Made by a program: the position numbers and the translations under genes. The notes below the pieces were generated by a model. The model searched no databases, was not told where the DNA came from, and saw nothing but the letters and a program-made list of their open reading frames with translations. Shown here piece after piece: positions 6,117 through 12,549 of a DNA stretch of 12,549 nucleotides. Numbering within the stretch: position 1 is the first letter of the stretch; the number at the start of each line of letters is the position of its first letter. The DNA is from a virus (Duplodnaviria; Heunggongvirae; Uroviricota; Caudoviricetes). The stretch spans positions 1 to 12,549 of the IMG/VR virus record IMGVR_UViG_2585427728_000006. The stretch is one strand, 5' to 3'.

Positions 6117-8387
6117 TTAATTAGGAAAAACACTCCCAGTTGGAATTTTTTTAAATTTATATTTCCTCCCATCGAAACATACTGTCGCACCGCGTGCTAA
6201 TACCTGTGGTTCCCATTGATTCGGCGTAATACCCTCCTGAGCCAACTCGAATCTTATACGTGGCGTCTGTTCCCGTTCAGCTTTTGTCATTCGTCCTGAG
6301 GGCGCTATCTGATAAGGTTTTAATGGCTCACAGCTCTTTTGCTGGCGATTTGGTCGTGGCGCATCGTGTTTTAGTGCGCATCTGAGCCCCGTCACGACTT
6401 CAGGGTCATCCCAGCCGATAACCCCGCGCTCAATCAGATTCAACACCGCTGCTGCTTGCTCAGAAGGTATGGATGTCATAGCAGGATCGCCACCGCTAGT
6501 TAGCTTTCCACAGTTATTGACAGGACTCCGAGGCGCGGCGATGCCGCTTTTTAAAGTCAAAGGCTCAACGACCGGCACTTTCGGAACAATGCGCCAGTCC
6601 GTCGTTCTGGTGATATGAATATGACGCGCGCCGAGATGCGGCGCGTAAATGCCGACCACTCTCTCGACTTCTTCCTCGTACTCGTTAACTTCATCCGACG
6701 GACTACGGGCAACCCTGACAGTCTGACAATCGCGCGGAACATTTGCCCCACCCTGCGCGCTGATATACAACGCAAAATCACCACTGTCTGCGGCAGCGCG
6801 TGCAGCCTCGACGCGTTCGTCAAACTCATCAGCAATGCTGACGCCGCGAGGCAATTTGCGTAGTTCACGGTAAGCCCCCATTGTCGGCAGGCCAACCGTT
6901 TTAAATTGCGGAATGCGCCACGTTGACGCCCATGCGGTAACAGCCGCGGCAGTGTCTTTCAGCGGCCTGCCGGTATCGTTATCGAGCTGACCATCCAGTG
7001 CATAGCCATCGATGTTTTTTGAGATGTATTTCGCGATATATCCCGCAGCACCGCCCCGGTTAAGGTGTTTTGCCTGAAAACGGTTTCGCGCGGCTCCTCT
7101 TTCGTCACCATCCTCTTTGAGCGCATAGCGACGCATGATTTCGATAATCTGGTTACGCTGGCGTGGATTACAAAAAAGCATCATATGCCAGTGCGGCGTT
7201 CCGTCGTGGTGTGGCTCGACGACTCGCAAACCGTAGACCTGTAAATCATTATCCTTGAATGCCGTGCGCATCAGGCTCCAGATGCGGCAGAGATAACGCT
7301 GCGCATCCTTTGGATTAAATGCCTCATCATTCCAGCCGTGATTTAGCTGGACGGTTTTACTTTCGCCTTTTCCGACCTGACGTGTCGGGTGATACTTTGA
7401 CGGCGCGGTCAGCGTGATAAACATCCCCACATCACCCTCTGCGGCGGCGTAACGCTCAATACCGGCGATGGTGTTCATCAGCTCCATCCGGCGAATTTCT
7501 GGATTAGAAATACTGCCCATCACCTTACTGATAAGGTCGATGCGCTCGCCGGTTTCCCTGTTTTCAAGGTCACACGATTTAAGAAATTCCAGATTTGCCT
7601 GGCGGCGCGCACACACATCACGAATGGCATGTTTACTGGCATAAGGAGAACGGTCTTTATTCACCTCCCCGACAGCAATCAGTAACGCCTCATGCCAGCG
7701 CATACGCTGGCCTTTAAGCTGACTAATCCACCACTCATCGTTAAACAGACGGGCAATGGCAGAATATGCCTGCCTCGTGGTCATCTGTCCTTTACGGTAT
7801 TTTTTCCAGTAGAGAGGGGAAATATTGAAAGCACGTGCAGCGCCAGCAACATGACCATACAGATGCGCCTGCGCCTCATCTGTAAACAGCGATTCTTTCT
7901 CGCCATGTGCATCAACCCATGCATCGCAGAGTTCCTCATACATCATGAAAAGCTGCGATGAGATACGGGCGGCAAACTTTTTCAGCTCCTTGTCATTCAT
8001 CCCCGGCAGACGCGCATAATGGTCACGCTCTGCCAGAAACAGCAACGACGCGTCGGTGTTCATTTCATGGCGCTGATTCACGCGCTCAATACGCGGCCAT
8101 AAACGGCGCTGAAAAGTGGATGTGAGGAAATAAAATCCGTGCACCGGGCTTTTATTGCGCCGGATGTAGTCATAGCGTGAAGTAAACAGCGAGCGCAAAA
8201 AGTAAGGCAGGCGATTAATCGTGGATAAAACACCTTGCACCTGACGCATCTCGTCACGTGTAAGGGGTCTTTCGCGCCCGACGGCCTCGCGTGGCGCGTT
8301 CCATGCATAAGCACCGGTAAACGTCTCACCGGTGCCTGCGGCAAATGCTGACGGAGGGACAAAACGCCCGGAGGCTTTAACGGCCAT
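6117..8387 (-). CDS. A: P2-type replication initiation protein gpA (rolling-circle HUH endonuclease)
   Basis: 756 aa from ATG at 8387 (MAVKASGRFVPP...), closely matching recalled P2 gpA, including the HWHMMLF (HUH) and YIAKYISK motifs. The ORF-track start at 8429 is TTG. Confidence 0.9.
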   Translation of the reverse strand: MAVKASGRFVPPSAFAAGTGETFTGAYAWNAPREAVGRERPLTRDEMRQVQGVLSTINRLPYFLRSLFTSRYDYIRRNKSPVHGFYFLTSTFQRRLWPRIERVNQRHEMNTDASLLFLAERDHYARLPGMNDKELKKFAARISSQLFMMYEELCDAWVDAHGEKESLFTDEAQAHLYGHVAGAARAFNISPLYWKKYRKGQMTTRQAYSAIARLFNDEWWISQLKGQRMRWHEALLIAVGEVNKDRSPYASKHAIRDVCARRQANLEFLKSCDLENRETGERIDLISKVMGSISNPEIRRMELMNTIAGIERYAAAEGDVGMFITLTAPSKYHPTRQVGKGESKTVQLNHGWNDEAFNPKDAQRYLCRIWSLMRTAFKDNDLQVYGLRVVEPHHDGTPHWHMMLFCNPRQRNQIIEIMRRYALKEDGDERGAARNRFQAKHLNRGGAAGYIAKYISKNIDGYALDGQLDNDTGRPLKDTAAAVTAWASTWRIPQFKTVGLPTMGAYRELRKLPRGVSIADEFDERVEAARAAADSGDFALYISAQGGANVPRDCQTVRVARSPSDEVNEYEEEVERVVGIYAPHLGARHIHITRTTDWRIVPKVPVVEPLTLKSGIAAPRSPVNNCGKLTSGGDPAMTSIPSEQAAAVLNLIERGVIGWDDPEVVTGLRCALKHDAPRPNRQQKSCEPLKPYQIAPSGRMTKAEREQTPRIRFELAQEGITPNQWEPQVLARGATVCFDGRKYKFKKIPTGSVFPN

Positions 8388-8652
8388 ATGAGCCAAAAGC
8401 CTCTGAACAACGCTTGCTGAGTTGCTCAACCTGCGCGTTTAAATCAGCAAAAGACTTTGCGCTTCCGGTCAGAATATCGTGATGCATCAGGCCGGAAACA
8501 AGCTGGCTTAATTTCGGATAATAACCAACCACCGCCAGCCATTCCTGACCGGCGTTTTTACCGCTTTCCGCTCTCTTTTTCTCGTGGAGAATAAACTGAA
8601 AGCTGTCACTGGTAACGACATAACGTTCGCCAATTTCAATACGAATACTCAT
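8377..8652 (-). CDS. P2 early-operon hypothetical protein (position of P2 orf83)
   Basis: 91-aa ORF; its ATG (8650-8652) overlaps the stop of the upstream gene, and its own stop overlaps the start of A; position between B and A as in P2. Confidence 0.7.
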   Translation of the reverse strand: MSIRIEIGERYVVTSDSFQFILHEKKRAESGKNAGQEWLAVVGYYPKLSQLVSGLMHHDILTGSAKSFADLNAQVEQLSKRCSEAFGSYGR

Positions 8653-8873
8653 GCCGTTCTCCGGTAATGTTTGTTTTTTGCTTCAAAGACTGACTGGCAG
8701 GAAACACAACGCGTGGCTGACGGATAAGCCGCACGACGGGCAGCAGGTATTGGCGCGTCACACTCTTCGCAAACCAGCGCAGAAGCACCGCAATGTTTTA
8801 CCCTTGCCGCGTTAATCTGACGCTCCAGTAATTCAGCCTGTTGTTCCTGAATAAAATCTACGTTGTCCGGCAT
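8649..8873 (-). CDS. TraR/DksA-family C4 zinc-finger protein (position of P2 orf82)
   Basis: 74-aa ORF with C-x2-C-x17-C-x2-C (CEECDAPIPAARRAAYPSATRCVSCQ); start overlaps the upstream stop (TAATG). Confidence 0.75.
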   Translation of the reverse strand: MPDNVDFIQEQQAELLERQINAARVKHCGASALVCEECDAPIPAARRAAYPSATRCVSCQSVFEAKNKHYRRTA

Positions 8874-9175
8874 TACCAGCTCCTTTTGTCGTTAAGTTTT
8901 TTAAATTCATCAGCGCAATAGCTGGCAATTTCTGTCGTTAATTTCGTCAGTTCATCCACGGAGGAGATTTGCTTGTGAAATACAGCGCGTTTAACAAGTA
9001 AATTGACCACATCAGACAGGAGATTTAATTCGTTCTGATAAATCGCGATAACAGACTCAGTTATTTCGCGTTTTTCTTTATCAAGACCAAGTTGAATAAG
9101 AGATAAATCGCCATTTTTCATAACGGTGATTTTTAAGGCGTTATTCAGTAATACAACTGAACGAGAACAGGACAT
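8873..9175 (-). CDS. P2 early-operon hypothetical protein (position of P2 orf81)
   Basis: 100 aa from ATG at 9175, which overlaps the stop of the upstream gene (TGATG); the 9178 start in the ORF track is TTG. Confidence 0.65.
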   Translation of the reverse strand: MSCSRSVVLLNNALKITVMKNGDLSLIQLGLDKEKREITESVIAIYQNELNLLSDVVNLLVKRAVFHKQISSVDELTKLTTEIASYCADEFKKLNDKRSW

Positions 9176-9399
9176 CAAAGCACCTCCCCGCGAGACAATC
9201 CGATATTGTGAAATTTTTCCGACTCCTGACTGAGCAGCTCGACTATCTCCACGCGGGATAACTCCGCCTTTGTGATGTGGCGAATCATGGCGTCAAGATG
9301 AGAAGAAAAGCGCGTCGCTGCGTCGGCCTGTGCTTCGGTTCTGGCCTGTTGCAGCAGTAATGCGTATTTACCGCACTGATTTTCAGAAACTGTATGCAT
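9175..9399 (-). CDS. P2 early-operon hypothetical protein (position of P2 orf80)
   Basis: 74 aa from ATG at 9399 (MHTVSEN...) with GGAGAAAG upstream; the longer ORF-track version starts at a TTG. Confidence 0.65.
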   Translation of the reverse strand: MHTVSENQCGKYALLLQQARTEAQADAATRFSSHLDAMIRHITKAELSRVEIVELLSQESEKFHNIGLSRGEVL

Positions 9400-9462
9400 G
9401 ACTTTCTCCAGGCAAAAAGAAGCCCCGCACAATTAAGTGCGTTAAAAACTCTGGTTAATTAC

Positions 9463-9963
9463 TTAATGCAGATATTGCTCTGGTTTTACCGACGTCAGAA
9501 TTGTCGGTGCATACTCAAACAGGCTGAATAATTCACGTAATGCACGGAATAAAGCATCACGCCAGTAACATGATTCTTCATTAATTCGCCAGTATGGCTG
9601 GTTGAATTCTTTTTCAGTCAATCCGGCATGCATAAATAAAGTACGACGCTGACTGACTGTTAAAAAACTAATATATGCATACTCACTTGCGCCAACCTGA
9701 CGGCGTTTGGAGAATGCCCCACGCAATTCATCAATTGCACAAACCAGCCGTTCACGTTCGACGTCGTTCATTTCTTCAAAACGCATCGTTGCGTGACGCT
9801 GTTTTAACTGCGCATGGAAGCAAACCGTTAGCCGTTCGCGTTCCATCATCTGATTATAATAATCGCATGTCTCCTGCCAGCGAGGGACGGCCAGATGCTT
9901 ACCAATTATCCGGCGCATAGCTGCTGGCTGTTTTTCAACGAGATTGAGCGTCATCACTGTCAT
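9463..9963 (-). CDS. B: P2-type replication protein gpB (helicase-loader-like)
   Basis: 166 aa, MTVMTLNLVEKQPAAMRRIIGKHLAVPRWQ..., matching recalled P2 gpB over its whole length. Confidence 0.9.
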   Translation of the reverse strand: MTVMTLNLVEKQPAAMRRIIGKHLAVPRWQETCDYYNQMMERERLTVCFHAQLKQRHATMRFEEMNDVERERLVCAIDELRGAFSKRRQVGASEYAYISFLTVSQRRTLFMHAGLTEKEFNQPYWRINEESCYWRDALFRALRELFSLFEYAPTILTSVKPEQYLH

Positions 9964-10130
9964 TTCCAGACCCTCCGGCTTTTCAGAAAGGTCAGAGTCT
10001 TTTTTAACGGACTCTGTTTTTTGGTGCGGATAATGATTCCCTTACGCCCCTTACCGTGGGTGATGGTGAAGTCAATCGCCCTGGGGCTTTCGTTACGCAA
10101 TAACTGAGCAATACAACGAGGCTCATTCAT
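9960..10130 (-). CDS. Small hypothetical protein (position of P2 orf78)
   Basis: 56 aa from ATG at 10130 with a perfect AAGGAG upstream; the ORF-track start at 10154 is GTG. Confidence 0.6.
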   Translation of the reverse strand: MNEPRCIAQLLRNESPRAIDFTITHGKGRKGIIIRTKKQSPLKKTLTFLKSRRVWK

Positions 10131-10140
10131 ACGGTTCTCC

Positions 10141-10416
10141 TTAACGTGGTTCACCGAGACCTAACCACATCAACCAGCCGTCACGAATCTCTTTAGGACG
10201 GCTTTCATAAGCCAGTTTTAGTCCGTTATTCCATGCCGGAAGGTATACCCAATATTCACCAGCACGCCCCGATACTGACTGAGGGTCAGTAATCTCAATA
10301 ACTGGTAATTTCCCTTTCTCAATCATGCCCCTTACAGCTCTTGGAGTTTTACCAATGAGTTTTGCAAACTCCTGATAAGGCACGGCATCAGTCACGCTTA
10401 CAAGCTGTCTATTCAT
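10141..10416 (-). CDS. cox: P2-type Cox protein (excisionase / repressor of Pc)
   Basis: 91 aa, ...PYQEFAKLIGK...GRAGEYWVYLPAWNNGLKLAYESRPKEIRDGWLMWLGLGEPR, matching recalled P2 Cox; first gene of the leftward early operon. Confidence 0.9.
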   Translation of the reverse strand: MNRQLVSVTDAVPYQEFAKLIGKTPRAVRGMIEKGKLPVIEITDPQSVSGRAGEYWVYLPAWNNGLKLAYESRPKEIRDGWLMWLGLGEPR

Positions 10417-10537
10417 CTGCTACGATTCTCCCTTAGTGCTTCTAATGGCTCCTAATGGCTAATTATTGCCTAAAAGGATAACTCCAGAAGCACAACATTT
10501 CACACTATCAGCAAGAAATTACGCAATCGGAGTAATT
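10417..10537. promoter_or_regulatory. Divergent cox / C control region (Pe/Pc promoters and operator) with tandem 10-bp direct repeats
   Basis: Intergenic region between divergent cox and C; TCTAATGGCT / CCTAATGGCT tandem repeats at 10441-10460 are candidate C-repressor half-sites. Exact promoter elements not assigned. Confidence 0.6.
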
Positions 10538-10837
10538 ATGTCAATAGACGTTTCGGAGAAGTTGAAGCTAATCCGTGAATCTGAAAGGTTAAACCGTAAA
10601 GAATTCAGTGAATTAACTGGTGTAGCCTACAGCTCACTTTCGAGCTATGAGAGCCGGTCAAAAAACGCTGGAGTTGAAGCCATAATGAAGGTCTTACAAC
10701 ATCCCAGATTTACTAAATATACTTTGTGGTTCATGACTGATCAGGTAGCTCCAGAAGCCGGGCAAATTGCGCCCGCTCTCGCACACTTTGGGCAAAACGA
10801 AACAACGTCGCCCCACTCCGGTCAAAAGACTGGTTAA
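10538..10837 (+). CDS. C: P2-type immunity repressor C
   Basis: 99 aa from ATG at 10538; C-terminal half ...FTKYTLWFMTDQVAPEAGQIAPALAHFGQNETTSPHSGQKTG matches recalled P2 C; N-terminal DNA-binding part looks divergent from P2. Confidence 0.85.
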   Translation: MSIDVSEKLKLIRESERLNRKEFSELTGVAYSSLSSYESRSKNAGVEAIMKVLQHPRFTKYTLWFMTDQVAPEAGQIAPALAHFGQNETTSPHSGQKTG

Positions 10838-10952
10838 CAATTTATCGTGAATATATTCATCACAAGTGCCTACTATTGGTGGCTAAATTTCAGCCACCAC
10901 GAAAAAAGCGATTAGTAGTAGCAAAAAAAAGTACCACTCGGAGGGTTTTCTG

Positions 10953-11966
10953 ATGGCAATCAAAAAACTCGATGATGGTCGATATGAAGTGGACATCCGC
11001 CCTACTGGACGTAACGGAAAACGCATCCGTAGGAAGTTTGATAAGAAAAGCGAAGCTGTCGCTTTCGAAAAATACACGTTGTACAACCACCACAATAAAG
11101 AATGGCTATCAAAACCAACAGACAAACGACGTCTGTCGGAACTGACACAGATCTGGTGGGATTTAAAGGGTAAACACGAAGAGCATGGGAAATCTAATCT
11201 TGGAAAAATTGAAATCTTCACAAAAATAACGAATGACCCATGCGCATTTCAAATCACGAAATCCCTTATCAGCCAGTACTGCGCCACCCGAAGAAGTCAG
11301 GGTATTAAACCTTCGAGTATCAATCGTGATTTAACATGTATTAGCGGCATGTTTACAGCCCTGATTGAAGCGGAGTTATTCTTTGGTGAGCACCCTATCA
11401 GAGGGACAAAGAGGCTTAAGGAGGAAAAACCAGAAACAGGCTATCTCACACAGGAAGAAATTGCCTTACTGCTTGCAGCACTTGACGGCGACAACAAAAA
11501 GATTGCGATTCTTTGCCTGAGTACAGGAGCACGTTGGGGAGAAGCAGCTCGTTTAAAAGCAGAAAATATCATCCATAACCGCGTCACGTTTGTTAAAACG
11601 AAAACAAACAAACCACGCACCGTCCCGATCTCAGAGGCTGTTGCCAAAATGATCGCGGATAACAAACGAGGTTTTTTATTCCCTGATGCTGATTACCCTC
11701 GCTTCAGACGAACAATGAAAGCAATAAAACCGGATTTGCCAACGGGGCAAGCCACACATGCACTAAGGCACAGCTTTGCCACTCATTTCATGATTAATGG
11801 AGGAAGTATTATCACGCTACAACGGATACTAGGTCACACGCGGATTGAGCAAACTATGGTTTACGCTCATTTTGCGCCAGAGTACCTTCAGGACGCCATT
11901 TCTCTTAATCCGCTAAGAGGTGGTACTGAAGCCGAGAGTGTCCACACAGTGTCCACAGTAGAGTAA
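10953..11966 (+). CDS. int: P2-type integrase (tyrosine recombinase)
   Basis: 337 aa, GGAGGG SD upstream; C-terminal catalytic region HALRHSFATHF...LGHTRIEQTMVYAHF with the catalytic Tyr; downstream of C as in P2 and adjacent to the att core. Confidence 0.9.
   Translation: MAIKKLDDGRYEVDIRPTGRNGKRIRRKFDKKSEAVAFEKYTLYNHHNKEWLSKPTDKRRLSELTQIWWDLKGKHEEHGKSNLGKIEIFTKITNDPCAFQITKSLISQYCATRRSQGIKPSSINRDLTCISGMFTALIEAELFFGEHPIRGTKRLKEEKPETGYLTQEEIALLLAALDGDNKKIAILCLSTGARWGEAARLKAENIIHNRVTFVKTKTNKPRTVPISEAVAKMIADNKRGFLFPDADYPRFRRTMKAIKPDLPTGQATHALRHSFATHFMINGGSIITLQRILGHTRIEQTMVYAHFAPEYLQDAISLNPLRGGTEAESVHTVSTVE
11938..11957. repeat. Tandem direct repeats GTGTCCACA x2: putative Int arm-type binding sites
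   Basis: Two exact 9-bp copies 11 bp apart at the 3' end of int, about 90 bp from the att core; a related GTCCACACA occurs in the other arm at 1574-1583. Confidence 0.5.
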
Positions 11967-12045
11967 CGTTTAAGGGCTTTCAGTGGTAATTTATGCCGCT
12001 CAAACCCGCATTGTACCGTTGAAAGCCCCTACTGGTGACACCCTA

Positions 12046-12072
12046 AATCTCCCTTACACGGGCTTATTTTTT
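12046..12072. repeat. P2-type att core, right copy (prophage/chromosome junction next to int)
   Basis: 27-bp exact direct repeat of 1507-1533, followed by one extra T. Confidence 0.85.
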
Positions 12073-12136
12073 TATGCATAAGCCCTATCTCTGGTAACCG
12101 TCTTCCATTGACCACATCGATAGAATCCTCCTTCAT

Positions 12137-12169
12137 AGCACGATGCCTTTCACTTATCGGCATCGTGCT
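12137..12169. repeat. Perfect 11-bp inverted repeat (stem-loop) between att core and yegR
   Basis: AGCACGATGCC (12137-12147) and GGCATCGTGCT (12159-12169) with an 11-nt loop; no adjacent T-tract on either strand. Confidence 0.5.
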
Positions 12170-12231
12170 CCCACAGGTTCCGGCTACGCACAGCCAGAAC
12201 GCGCATATTTGACGCTTACCAAAAAATATTC

Positions 12232-12549
12232 TCACTCTCCACATTTGAATGTCAGACGAGCGACACCATGTAATCCTACACCTTCTGTCTTCAGCTCAAC
12301 TATTTGCATTTTTTTGCCCTGAGTAACACAGAAATGAGTTGCATCATTTTTTACTATATTTTCTGCACCAGATATTCTACCCCTGGCTAAAGAAGCTTCG
12401 GCTTCGGTGTAGTATTGGTTATCGAGTTTACGCTGAATATTACTTTTATATGCAAGACCAAATTTACCGATACTTGTCTCATCATTATGCACAGCACAAC
12501 CAGACATAATAAAAATACTAATTAATGATATAGCAGCTATCTTTTTCAT
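12232..12549 (-). CDS. yegR: Putative lipoprotein YegR
   Basis: Complete 105-aa ORF (start codon is the last 3 nt of the window) with signal peptide and lipobox (IFIMSGC); matches recalled E. coli YegR. Confidence 0.85.
   Translation of the reverse strand: MKKIAAISLISIFIMSGCAVHNDETSIGKFGLAYKSNIQRKLDNQYYTEAEASLARGRISGAENIVKNDATHFCVTQGKKMQIVELKTEGVGLHGVARLTFKCGE

Larger units (their letters stand above)
1507..12072. mobile_element. Defective P2-like prophage at the cyaR-adjacent P2 attachment site (locI-type), lacking morphogenesis and lysis genes
   Basis: Bounded by identical 27-bp att cores; gene content and order follow the P2 prophage map except that everything between the D and Q remnants is absent; flanked by host genes yegQ/cyaR and yegR. 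Confidence 0.85.

Noticed and set aside
6557-8410. Internal and antisense ORFs within gene A (6557-6895, 6615-6863, 7692-7961, 8078-8410)
   Set aside because: Embedded in the confidently identified 756-aa gpA reading frame.
9675-10107. Plus-strand ORFs 9675-9920 and 9895-10107 opposite B and orf78
   Set aside because: Antisense to conserved P2 early genes.
10883-11665. Minus-strand ORFs 10883-11221, 10890-11093 and 11441-11665 opposite int
   Set aside because: Antisense to, or overlapping, the integrase gene; no support.
12029-12244. Minus-strand 71-aa ORF spanning the right att core
   Set aside because: Crosses the attachment core and inverted repeat; more likely non-coding junction sequence.
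1-12549. CRISPR arrays, IS elements, tRNA or rRNA genes
   Set aside because: No short regularly spaced repeats, no terminal inverted repeats with a transposase ORF and no tRNA-like sequences were seen; integration is at the cyaR-adjacent site, not a tRNA.

Overview
The window is an E. coli-type chromosomal locus (yegQ - cyaR ... yegR) carrying a defective P2-like prophage of about 10.6 kb. The prophage is bounded by 27-bp att-core direct repeats (1507-1533, overlapping the 3' end of the sRNA gene cyaR, and 12046-12072). It retains the integration, immunity and replication genes (int, C, cox, orf78, B, orf80-83, A), the cos site (3305-3323), ogr, and truncated remnants of D and of the portal gene Q; the structural and lysis genes that would lie between D and Q are absent. 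Between cos and the 3' end of A, where P2 carries old/tin, sits an AT-rich three-gene operon (3654-5981) encoding proteins I cannot assign to any family. The third protein has a PD-(D/E)xK-like nuclease signature and a poly-(Glu-Asp) tail encoded by a (GAAGAT)6 repeat. This cassette is the best candidate for an undescribed anti-phage defence system. All assignments rest on reading the sequence and recalled protein/site sequences; no searches or computations were run.
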